Shown piece after piece: positions 10,337 to 18,576 of a stretch of 64,000 nt of DNA (within the stretch, counting starts at the first letter, position 1; each line of letters begins with the position of its first letter). Location of the stretch: the NCBI GenBank assembly GCA_030680835.1, contig JAUXUD010000021.1, positions 13,711-77,710 of the forward strand, given 5' to 3'. This DNA comes from Bacteroidota bacterium (lineage in GTDB: Bacteria > Bacteroidota > Bacteroidia > UKL13-3). The notes under the pieces are model-generated. The model was not told the DNA's origin, ran no database searches, and saw only the letters and a program-made list of their open reading frames with translations. The translations under genes and the position numbers were made by a program.

Positions 10337-11481
10337 TAAAGAAAATAGCCATATTAGGAAGTACCGGAAGCATTGGAACTCAGGCATTGGAAATCGTTAG
10401 GGAGCAGACTGACAAATTAGAGATAGAACTATTGACTGCTCACAGCAACGCAGATTTGCTGATAGCACAGGCCATTGAATTTAAACCCAATCATGTGGTT
10501 ATTGTTGATGAAAATCAATACCGGAAAGTTAAAGATGCACTTGATCCATTGGATATTAAAGTATTTACCGGAAGTAAATCCATTGAAGATTTGATGGAAA
10601 TTACATCAGCCGATACTATTCTGACAGCGATGGTGGGATATAGCGGTTTAAAACCCACAATAAAGGCCATAGAAAATAAAAAAAGAGTTGCCCTGGCAAA
10701 TAAGGAAACATTGGTTGTTGCCGGTGAATTAATTTCTGCTTTGTGTATTGAACACAAAGTTGAAATTATACCTGTAGATTCTGAACACTCAGCCATTTTT
10801 CAATGCTTGGTAGGTGAGAGCCCGGATGCAATTGACAAAATCATTTTAACCGCTTCAGGGGGCCCCTTCAGAGGAAAGAAAAGAGCAGACTTAACACACA
10901 TAACAAAGGCTGATGCCCTCAGGCATCCTAACTGGAATATGGGTGCCAAAGTTACCATCGATTCGGCAACTTTAATGAATAAGGGTTTAGAAGTAATTGA
11001 AGCCAAATGGCTTTTTGGTTTGAACCTTAAACAAATTGAAGTTGTGGTACATCCTCAGTCAATTATTCATAGTATGGTTGAGTTTAATGACGGAAGTATA
11101 AAGGCACAATTGGGATTGCCAGATATGAAACTGCCCATTCACTATGCTTTCTTCTTCCCTGAAAGAACACATTCCAATTTCAGACGCATGTCGTTTAAAG
11201 AAATCAATACACTAAGTTTTGAAGAACCGGATTTGGAAACCTTTAGAAATCTTGCGCTTGCTTATGAAGCGATGGAGAAAGGAGGGAATTTGGCCTGTAT
11301 TTTAAACGCAGCCAACGAAATTGCTGTTGCGGCATTCCTTGATGATAAAATAGGTTTTTTGAAGATTGCAGAATTGAATGAAAACTGCATGGCCAAAGTC
11401 CCATTTGTTTCAAAACCAACGCTCAATGATTATATTGAAACAGATTCGGAAACCCGGAGAATTGCCAAAAGCCTCTTATAA
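10333..11481 (+). CDS. dxr: 1-deoxy-D-xylulose-5-phosphate reductoisomerase
   Basis: ILGSTGSIGTQALEIV (NADPH site), LANKETLV, VDSEHSAIFQC and NKGLEVIEA. The start overlaps the GH3 stop as ATGA. Confidence 0.95.
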   Translation: MIKKIAILGSTGSIGTQALEIVREQTDKLEIELLTAHSNADLLIAQAIEFKPNHVVIVDENQYRKVKDALDPLDIKVFTGSKSIEDLMEITSADTILTAMVGYSGLKPTIKAIENKKRVALANKETLVVAGELISALCIEHKVEIIPVDSEHSAIFQCLVGESPDAIDKIILTASGGPFRGKKRADLTHITKADALRHPNWNMGAKVTIDSATLMNKGLEVIEAKWLFGLNLKQIEVVVHPQSIIHSMVEFNDGSIKAQLGLPDMKLPIHYAFFFPERTHSNFRRMSFKEINTLSFEEPDLETFRNLALAYEAMEKGGNLACILNAANEIAVAAFLDDKIGFLKIAELNENCMAKVPFVSKPTLNDYIETDSETRRIAKSLL

Positions 11482-11511
11482 AATAATTATAAAATTGGGG
11501 CGATAAAAGCC

Positions 11512-11519
11512 TACTTTTG
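11512..11519 (+). promoter_or_regulatory. candidate Bacteroidota -7 promoter box TACTTTTG upstream of rseP
   Basis: Exact match to the TAnnTTTG consensus, 38 nt upstream of the ATG at 11557. A TTG lies at 11495-11497. Confidence 0.35.
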
Positions 11520-11556
11520 CGGTTTATTAAAATATTAGAATCACAAATTATATACA

Positions 11557-12873
11557 ATGTCTGCACTTATTAAAATTTTAGAAGTAATTTTAAGTATTTC
11601 AATATTGGTTATTATTCATGAGCTCGGCCATTTTCTTGCGGCACGCGCATTTGGAATAAAAGTTGAAAAATTTTATCTTTTTTTTGATGCCTGGGGCGTA
11701 AAACTATTTTCTTTCAAACGAGGCGATACAGAATGGGGTATTGGTTGGTTGCCACTGGGAGGTTATGTTAAAATAGCCGGAATGATTGATGAAAGCATGG
11801 ACAAAGAAGCCATGAAACAACCTGCACAACCCTGGGAGTTCAGGAGTAAACCGGCATGGCAACGATTGATTGTAATGATAGGAGGCGTTGTGGTAAATGT
11901 TATTGCGGGTATCGTAATTTTTGCCATGTTAAGTTATACCTATGGTGAAAAATATACATTAAACAGCTCCGTTTCCAACGGGATTGTTCCCTCTGAAATG
12001 GCCAAAGACATTGGATTTAAAGTTGGCGATAAACTGATAAGTGTAAACGGAAAACCCATCATACATTTTGAAGAAGCTTTAAAAATAGAACACATTTTAG
12101 GAGAAAATGTTACCTATATCGTTGAGAGAAACGGACAAAATGTGGTAATAAAACTACCTGAAGATTTTGTTAAAAAATTCAGCGAAGCAAAATCAGGATT
12201 CTTTTTACCCCGGATGCACTTTTATGTGCATGAGCTGGTTCCAGGAAATAATGCAGAAAAAGGCGGACTCAAACCCAATGATATTATTACCGGACTGGAT
12301 TCACAGAACTTCGAGTTTTTTGATGAATTTCAGGAAATTTTAAAGGCAAAATCGGGGAAGGAAATTGCATTTAACGTATTAAGAAATGAAAAACCGGTAT
12401 TGTTAAAAATTAAGGTTGATTCAGACGGAAAGGTGGGGTTCAGACCGGAAACAAAAGATTTTTTATATGACACCATTCGGTATACATTTTTAGGCTCATT
12501 TCCTGCAGGCTACAATAAAGCGCTTGAAACAATTGATGCCCAGATAAAAGGCTGGGGTAAAATTTTTAAAGGAGATATCCCGGTTGCAAAAGCGGTGCAG
12601 GGTCCGGTTGGAATTGCAGGAAATTTTGGAAAAGGATGGTATAATTTCTGGATTTTAACTGCACTTATTTCGTTAGGTCTTGCATTCATGAATATTTTAC
12701 CCATACCTGCATTGGACGGTGGACATGTTTTGTTTCTATTGTTTGAACTCATTGTAGGTCGCCCCTTAAGCGAAAAGTTTTTAGAAAGAGCACAATACGC
12801 AGGTATGTTTATATTACTAACCCTTATGGTATTGATTTTTGGAAACGATATCTGGCGCTTGTTCTCAAATTAA
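11557..12873 (+). CDS. rseP: RIP metalloprotease RseP (site-2 protease, M50 family)
   Basis: HELGHF zinc motif at the N-terminus, a central PDZ-like region, and a C-terminal NILPIPALDGGH motif. Confidence 0.9.
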   Translation: MSALIKILEVILSISILVIIHELGHFLAARAFGIKVEKFYLFFDAWGVKLFSFKRGDTEWGIGWLPLGGYVKIAGMIDESMDKEAMKQPAQPWEFRSKPAWQRLIVMIGGVVVNVIAGIVIFAMLSYTYGEKYTLNSSVSNGIVPSEMAKDIGFKVGDKLISVNGKPIIHFEEALKIEHILGENVTYIVERNGQNVVIKLPEDFVKKFSEAKSGFFLPRMHFYVHELVPGNNAEKGGLKPNDIITGLDSQNFEFFDEFQEILKAKSGKEIAFNVLRNEKPVLLKIKVDSDGKVGFRPETKDFLYDTIRYTFLGSFPAGYNKALETIDAQIKGWGKIFKGDIPVAKAVQGPVGIAGNFGKGWYNFWILTALISLGLAFMNILPIPALDGGHVLFLLFELIVGRPLSEKFLERAQYAGMFILLTLMVLIFGNDIWRLFSN

Positions 12874-12877
12874 AAAA

Positions 12878-13441
12878 CTATTTTTTCTGAACTTTTTTAT
12901 AGCAATCACAGGTTACCAGGTGGTCGTTTACCATTCCGGCAGCCTGCATAAAGGCGTAGCAAATCGTTGAACCCACAAAAGTAAAACCGCGTTTTTTCAA
13001 ATCTTTGCTCATCATATCGCTTTCTTTGGAGGTTGCAGGAATTTCTTTCATGCTTTTCCATTTGTTGATTATAGGTTGATGATCAACAAATTGCCAGATA
13101 TAGTTATCAAAACTGCCAAATTCTTTTTGAACCAAAAGAAATGCCCTGGCATTTTTAACGGTACCCCAGATTTTCAATCGGTTACGGATAATACTGGCGT
13201 CAAGCATCAATGATTCAAGTTTTTTTTCTGTAAATCTTGAAATCTTTACAGGATCAAAACCGGCAAATGCTTTCTTAAAATGTACTCTTCTATACAATAT
13301 CGTTTTCCAGCTTAAACCAGCTTGAAAGGCATCCAAAACCAGAAATTCAAAAAGTTTAAAATCGTCATGAAGCGGTTTTCCCCACTCATGATCATGATAT
13401 TCATTCATTAAAGGGTCGTTTTGTGTCCATTCGCAGCGCAT
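12878..13441 (-). CDS. tag: DNA-3-methyladenine glycosylase I
   Basis: MRCEW...EYHDHEWG at the N-terminus, FQAGLSW, and 187 aa in length. Confidence 0.9.
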   Translation of the reverse strand: MRCEWTQNDPLMNEYHDHEWGKPLHDDFKLFEFLVLDAFQAGLSWKTILYRRVHFKKAFAGFDPVKISRFTEKKLESLMLDASIIRNRLKIWGTVKNARAFLLVQKEFGSFDNYIWQFVDHQPIINKWKSMKEIPATSKESDMMSKDLKKRGFTFVGSTICYAFMQAAGMVNDHLVTCDCYKKVQKK

Positions 13442-13525
13442 AATTTTGAATTTTTTAGTAATTAATAATATTCTTTTCAGATTTACAAGTGGAGAACTAG
13501 GTTTTTATTTAATAACATTCGGCTT

Positions 13526-13533
13526 TACTTTTG
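13526..13533 (+). promoter_or_regulatory. candidate -7 promoter box TACTTTTG upstream of purB
   Basis: Exact TAnnTTTG match, 16 nt upstream of the ATG at 13549. It overlaps the TTG used by the ORF track (13531), which argues for the ATG start. Confidence 0.35.
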
Positions 13534-13548
13534 TTTAAACAAGTAATT

Positions 13549-14892
13549 ATGCAACTCCAATCGCTTACTGCAATTAGTCCTGTTGATGGCAGATACCGCA
13601 AACAAACAGAACCTTTGGCTGCTTATTTCAGTGAATATGCGCTTATCAAATTCAGGGTTTGGGTTGAAATAGAGTATTTTATTTCATTAACACAAATACC
13701 ATTACCCCAGTTAAAAGATAAAATATCCACAACCCAATTGAATGAACTGCGTGAAATATATTTAAATTTTTCATTGGATCAGGCAAACCGTATAAAAGCA
13801 ATTGAAAGAACCACCAACCACGATGTAAAAGCTGTAGAATATTTTTTGAAAGAAGAATTTGAAACCTTGGGATTGAAGGAAGCTTCAGAGTTTGTACACT
13901 TCGGTTTAACCTCTCAGGATATTAACAACACAGCCATTCCAATGAGTTTAAAGCATGCAGTGGAAATTGAAATTTTACCCATATTAAACGAATTGATTAA
14001 TGTATTAAGCAAGCAAGCCAACGACTGGGAAGGAATATCAATGCTGGCAAGAACCCATGGTCAGCCTGCATCACCAACCCGGCTGGGTAAAGAGTGGCAG
14101 GTTTTCATTACCCGGATTCAGGTTCAGTTAATGCATGTGAATCAACTTACCTATCCTGCAAAATTTGGAGGTGCAACCGGCAATTTCAACGCCCATCAGG
14201 TGGCGTATCCTTCCATTGACTGGGTAAATTTCAGTAAAAAATTCTGTGCTTCATTGGGTTTAAACCGATCGCATCCCACAACCCAAATAGAACATTATGA
14301 TAATTTAGCTGCATTATTCGATGCCTTCAAGAGAATCAATACCATTTTAATTGATTTATGCCGGGATATATGGCAATATGTGGCCATGGATTATTTTAAG
14401 CAGCAGTTAAAAGAAGGAGAAATTGGTTCAAGTGCCATGCCACATAAAGTAAATCCGATTGATTTCGAAAATGCAGAAGGAAATTTAGGTTATGCCAATG
14501 CAATTTTCGAACATTTATCGGCCAAACTTCCTATTTCACGTTTACAACGCGATTTAACCGACAGTACTGTTCTGCGTAATATAGGAATGCCATTTGCACA
14601 CCAGCTGATAGCTTTTAATTCATTGATTAAAGGATTAAATAAATTGATGCTGAACCAGGCAAAACTGGAAGCAGATCTGGAAGCAAACTGGGCCGTTGTT
14701 GCAGAAGCCATCCAAACCATTTTAAGGCGTGAAGGATTTGAAAAACCTTACGAGGCATTAAAGTCTTTAACGAGAACAAACGAACCCATTACAAGGGATA
14801 CAATTAAAAATTTTATAAATGACTTACCTGTAAATGAAAAAATAAAACAGGAATTATTGAAAATCACGCCTCATAATTATACCGGAGTCTGA
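13549..14892 (+). CDS. purB: adenylosuccinate lyase
   Basis: Fumarate-lyase signature GSSAMPHKVNPIDFEN, and an N-terminal LTAISPVDGRY typical of PurB. The ATG at 13549 is preferred over the TTG at 13531. Confidence 0.95.
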   Translation: MQLQSLTAISPVDGRYRKQTEPLAAYFSEYALIKFRVWVEIEYFISLTQIPLPQLKDKISTTQLNELREIYLNFSLDQANRIKAIERTTNHDVKAVEYFLKEEFETLGLKEASEFVHFGLTSQDINNTAIPMSLKHAVEIEILPILNELINVLSKQANDWEGISMLARTHGQPASPTRLGKEWQVFITRIQVQLMHVNQLTYPAKFGGATGNFNAHQVAYPSIDWVNFSKKFCASLGLNRSHPTTQIEHYDNLAALFDAFKRINTILIDLCRDIWQYVAMDYFKQQLKEGEIGSSAMPHKVNPIDFENAEGNLGYANAIFEHLSAKLPISRLQRDLTDSTVLRNIGMPFAHQLIAFNSLIKGLNKLMLNQAKLEADLEANWAVVAEAIQTILRREGFEKPYEALKSLTRTNEPITRDTIKNFINDLPVNEKIKQELLKITPHNYTGV

Positions 14893-15443
14893 TGAAAAAA
14901 AAAATAATATTTATTGCATTGGCAGGTTCGTTGTTTATCTGTGCCTGTGAAGACCGTGTGCCTCATATCTTATATGATGAACCCGATACAATTATTGTTA
15001 CTTCAACTGTTAAAAGAGATAATTATGGTGGGTCGATCCCGGGACTGAATGCTGAAGTTACCGATTATACGCTTGAAAATGAATTTCAGCACAAGCGTCA
15101 ATTATTAAGAGACAGCACCTGGGCAACGAGTTGGGATGAAGCAGGTTTTCCGGATGCCAAAAAGTTTATCATATTTTTTAAAACATTTCAATGGGATGTA
15201 ATGGACAGGAACAAGCTGAAAATTGCAGGAATGATAAAATTTCCTTTGAGGGATTATCCTAAAAAAGCAGATTTTCTGAAACGATTTGATTCTATTTTCG
15301 GACGTGATTTTGTTCAGGAAGTATTGGATCAGGATCCGAAAGAGATTTATAGAAATAAAAACGGGGCGATGATTGGCGACGATGGTCAGATATGGTTTAA
15401 GCAAATTAACGGACGATATAAAATTATTGAAATAAATCCATAA
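14892..15443 (+). CDS. hypothetical lipoprotein
   Basis: MKKKIIFIALAGSLFICAC signal peptide with a lipobox Cys. The start shares one base with the purB stop (TGATG). Confidence 0.6.
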   Translation: MKKKIIFIALAGSLFICACEDRVPHILYDEPDTIIVTSTVKRDNYGGSIPGLNAEVTDYTLENEFQHKRQLLRDSTWATSWDEAGFPDAKKFIIFFKTFQWDVMDRNKLKIAGMIKFPLRDYPKKADFLKRFDSIFGRDFVQEVLDQDPKEIYRNKNGAMIGDDGQIWFKQINGRYKIIEINP

Positions 15444-15554
15444 CTCATACCTCATACCTCATACCTCATACCTCATACCTCATACCTCATACCTCATACC
15501 TCATACCTCATACCTCATAACGCATACCTCATACCTCATACCTCATACCTCATA
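15444..15554. repeat. tandem heptanucleotide array (CTCATAC) x 16
   Basis: 13 perfect units plus the variants CTCATAA (15514 and 15549) and CGCATAC (15521). The array runs from the base after the TAA stop to the ATG at 15555. Confidence 0.95.
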
Positions 15555-16016
15555 ATGAAAGACTTTATCATTTTCCCGCCAAACACGATTAATCAATATC
15601 TTGAAAAGTTAAACCAGGATACAGTTGCGTTATGGGGAACCATGTCGGCACAGCACATGCTTGAGCATTTGCTTTTGGTTTTAGAAATTTCGAGGGGTAA
15701 ATTTGAGGTTTCAATAATTACTCCAATCGAAAAAGTAGAAAAAGTGAAGCGTATTTTTCTATTGGGTGATTCACCTTTAAAGAAGGATTTTAATGCCCCT
15801 TTTTTACCGGAGGGATTACAACCTTTGTTATTTGGATCAATAGAAGAAGCGAAAAAGGGCCTTTTGCTTGAAGTTGAGACGTATTTACACTTTTGGCAAA
15901 ATAATCCGCAATCCAAATTTTCACATCCTGTTTTTGGGGTATTATCAGCAAATGAATGGCATTTATTCCACCGCAAACACTTTACCCACCACTTTAATCA
16001 GTTCGGGTTGTTATAA
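15555..16016 (+). CDS. DinB-superfamily / DUF1569-like protein
   Basis: 153 aa with WGTMSAQHMLEHL near the N-terminus and HRKHFTHHFNQFGL at the C-terminus, a pattern I associate with DUF1569/DinB-fold proteins. Confidence 0.6.
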   Translation: MKDFIIFPPNTINQYLEKLNQDTVALWGTMSAQHMLEHLLLVLEISRGKFEVSIITPIEKVEKVKRIFLLGDSPLKKDFNAPFLPEGLQPLLFGSIEEAKKGLLLEVETYLHFWQNNPQSKFSHPVFGVLSANEWHLFHRKHFTHHFNQFGLL

Positions 16017-16076
16017 ATTTTGAATAAAATAACTGATACTCTTTGATTTTTGCAAAAAAAAACTCAAATTTGCAGC

Positions 16077-16098
16077 CCCCGGAAAAGGAGAACCGGGG
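16077..16098 (+). promoter_or_regulatory. small hairpin in the rpsP 5' leader (CCCCGG-N10-CCGGGG)
   Basis: A 6-bp GC stem (16077-16082 pairing with 16093-16098) with loop AAAAGGAGAA, 21 nt upstream of the rpsP ATG. It is preceded by CAAATTTG, a one-mismatch -7 box. Confidence 0.3.
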
Positions 16099-16118
16099 AT
16101 TAAAAACAAAATTAAAGT

Positions 16119-16799
16119 ATGTCAGTAAAAATCAGATTACAACGTCATGGACGTTCAAAATCACCTTTTTACCACGTAGTGGTGGCGGATTCGCGTGCTC
16201 CGAGAGATGGTAAGTTTATCGAAAAAATTGGTTCGTACCTTCCTCAAACGCAGCCTGCAACAATCGAATTGAATGTAGACAGGGCAACTTATTGGTTGCA
16301 AAAAGGTGCTCAACCCACCGATACCTGTCGCGCAATCCTTTCGTATAAAGGTGCATTATTAAGAGCTCACCTTGAAACAGGTGTTAAAAAAGGTGCATTC
16401 ACACAAGAACAGGCAGATGAAAAATTTGCCTCATGGGTGAGTGAAAAAATTAACAAAGTTGAGGCACATGTAGGTCGTGTTCAACAAACAGCTTCCCAAA
16501 AAATAACAGAGAAGCTTGCTGAAGAGGCTAAAGTAAATGCGGCACGACTGCAAAAAATAGCTGCCAAAGCGGCTGCTGCAGAGGCTGCTGCTAACCCTGT
16601 TATTGAGGAAACTCCGGCTCCGGAAGCCGAAGTGGAAGCTCCTGCAGTTGAAGCAGTAATTGAAACTCCTGTTGAGGTGGTAGCTGAAACTCCTGCTGAG
16701 GTGATAGCCGAAACTCCTGTTGTTGAAACGGTAGCGGATGCGCCTGCAACTGAAGAAACACCCGTTGTTGAAGAAGAACCAAAGAATCCTGCAGAATAA
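16119..16799 (+). CDS. rpsP: 30S ribosomal protein S16 with a long A/E/P/V-rich C-terminal extension
   Basis: [38 protein letters not shown] is canonical bS16. Residues from about 115 to 226 are low-complexity. Confidence 0.95.
   Translation: MSVKIRLQRHGRSKSPFYHVVVADSRAPRDGKFIEKIGSYLPQTQPATIELNVDRATYWLQKGAQPTDTCRAILSYKGALLRAHLETGVKKGAFTQEQADEKFASWVSEKINKVEAHVGRVQQTASQKITEKLAEEAKVNAARLQKIAAKAAAAEAAANPVIEETPAPEAEVEAPAVEAVIETPVEVVAETPAEVIAETPVVETVADAPATEETPVVEEEPKNPAE
16662..16733 (+). repeat. three in-frame 24-nt tandem repeats inside the rpsP tail (ETPVEVVA / ETPAEVIA / ETPVVETV)
   Basis: GAAACTCCTG... begins at 16662, 16686 and 16710. Confidence 0.85.
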
Positions 16800-16811
16800 A
16801 CTCCTGATTTT

Positions 16812-17324
16812 TTGAAAACGATAGGCAGAAAAGATTTTATTGAAATTGGCTCTGTTGTCAAAGCTCATGGTACAAAAGGCGAATTAAAAGTAGTTTTAAA
16901 CCGTGAAATAAATTTTAAAGAATGGGCTTTTCTCGAAATACGGGAAAAGCCCGTTCCTTTTTATATCAAAAGTTGTAAGCACCTTTTTGAAGAAGAAGCA
17001 TTTATTAAATTTGAAGGTGTAAACGATTTGGAAACCGCATCAAAACTGGTTGGATACAATTTGCTTGCACCAGCCAGGGGTTTAAAGAAAGCAGCACCCG
17101 GATTGCTTGACAAATCAATACTCAAATATGAATTGATAGACTCCAAATTTGGGGAAATCGGAATTGTTGAAGATGTATTGGAAATGCCCATGCAAATTTT
17201 AATAAAGACAACATTCAACGGGCAGGAGTTACTCATCCCGGCAGTTGAGCCAATTATTCAGGAAATTAACGATAAGCTTCAAAAAATATATCTGGATTTA
17301 CCGGAAGGATTGTTGAAAATATAA
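16812..17324 (+). CDS. rimM: 16S rRNA processing protein RimM
   Basis: IGSVVKAHGTKGELKV N-terminal motif, about 170 aa, immediately downstream of rpsP as in the classical rpsP-rimM arrangement. TTG start. Confidence 0.85.
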   Translation: MKTIGRKDFIEIGSVVKAHGTKGELKVVLNREINFKEWAFLEIREKPVPFYIKSCKHLFEEEAFIKFEGVNDLETASKLVGYNLLAPARGLKKAAPGLLDKSILKYELIDSKFGEIGIVEDVLEMPMQILIKTTFNGQELLIPAVEPIIQEINDKLQKIYLDLPEGLLKI

Positions 17325-17334
17325 CCTGTAATCA

Positions 17335-18576
17335 CTAATGGTTAAATACCAGTTTTTTAAGTTGTTTTGCTTTCCACTGGGTGATACCCACAATACCCAA
17401 AGTCATTAATCCACCAAAAACAACTGAGTTGACCGTTCCGATAAGTTTCGCAGCCAGGCCGCTTTCAAAAGCACCTATTTCGTTTGAGGAGCCAATAAAT
17501 ATAGTATTCACAGAAGAAACTCTGCCCCGCATTTCGTCGGGTGTTTGCAATTGCAGGATATTGGCCCTGATTACAACGCTTATGCTATCAAAAGCGCCAC
17601 TCAGAAACAGAAGAAAAAGGGAAAGATAAAAATTTTCAGAAAGACCAAATGCAATCATACAAATTCCAAAACCGGCAACAGCCTTTATGAGTATGTTTCC
17701 GGCATTTTTGATTGTTTTTCGCATCGATAAAACGATCATTGTTAAAACAGCCCCCAGTGAAGGTGCAGCTCGTAAAAGGCCCAAACCTTCAGGCCCCGTT
17801 TTGAGTATTTCTCCTGCAAAAACGGGAAGCAAAGCAGTTGCCCCTCCAAATAAAACAGAGAATAAATCGAGAGAAAGTGCTGAAAGGATTATTTTATTAT
17901 GGTAAACAAAAGCAATTCCTTCTCTCAGGCGTACACTTATTTTTTCTACAGCATATGATTTGGGTTCAAACTCACCTTTTATTTTAATGAGTGATACCAG
18001 AGCTAAAACAGATAATGATACAATCAGAATAAACGTATTTTCAATACCCCAGAATGCATAACATAAACCTCCCAGGGCAGGTCCAATAACAGCAGCAAAC
18101 TGCCATGCCGTGCTGTTTATTGTACTCGCATAGGTTAATATTTCTCTCGGAACCAGTTGCGACAGGAAAGAAAATGAGGAGGGTGCATAAAAGCCACGTG
18201 CGAATCCGCTTAAAAATATAAAACCATAAATTGCCCATACAATCTGTTGCGTGTTTAAAACAGATTTAATATGGGTTTGGGTAAAAAATCCCAATCCAAT
18301 ACTGCATACAATCAAAGCAATTAATGAAATTGTAAGTATGGTTTTTTTATTATGTAAATCAGCAATATGACCTGCGTATAATGCAATTGAAATGGCCGGA
18401 ATTGCTTCAGCCAAACCTATTAAACCTAAAGAAAAAGGATCACCTGTAAGTTTATATATTTCCCAACCAACAATTACAGCCTGCATTTGCAAGGCAAGTG
18501 TTAAAAACAGGCGGGTTGATAAAAAATAGCGAAATGCCGGAATTTGTAATGCTTTAAAAGATGCGTTTGTTACCAT
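17335..18576 (-). CDS. MFS transporter
   Basis: About 12 hydrophobic segments. The ATG at 18576 (MVTNASFKALQIPAFRYF) overlaps the upstream permease stop by 1 nt, and I prefer it to the longer ORF-track start at 18603. Confidence 0.8.
   Translation of the reverse strand: MVTNASFKALQIPAFRYFLSTRLFLTLALQMQAVIVGWEIYKLTGDPFSLGLIGLAEAIPAISIALYAGHIADLHNKKTILTISLIALIVCSIGLGFFTQTHIKSVLNTQQIVWAIYGFIFLSGFARGFYAPSSFSFLSQLVPREILTYASTINSTAWQFAAVIGPALGGLCYAFWGIENTFILIVSLSVLALVSLIKIKGEFEPKSYAVEKISVRLREGIAFVYHNKIILSALSLDLFSVLFGGATALLPVFAGEILKTGPEGLGLLRAAPSLGAVLTMIVLSMRKTIKNAGNILIKAVAGFGICMIAFGLSENFYLSLFLLFLSGAFDSISVVIRANILQLQTPDEMRGRVSSVNTIFIGSSNEIGAFESGLAAKLIGTVNSVVFGGLMTLGIVGITQWKAKQLKKLVFNH

Noticed and set aside
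15105-15455. 116-aa minus-strand ORF starting MRYELW
   Set aside because: Its start codon is supplied by the heptamer array (GAGGTATG units), and the rest is antisense to the lipoprotein gene. It is an artefact of the repeat.
15444-15554. Heptamer array as a CRISPR array
   Set aside because: The units are contiguous 7-mers with no spacers, far shorter than CRISPR repeats, and no cas genes are present in the window.
16431-16868. Three overlapping minus-strand ORFs (145, 126 and 60 aa) antisense to the rpsP tail
   Set aside because: They lie entirely within the GC-rich, repeat-built, low-complexity tail of S16. Their products are low-complexity (S/T/A/G or F/R/S runs), and rpsP on the plus strand is unambiguous.
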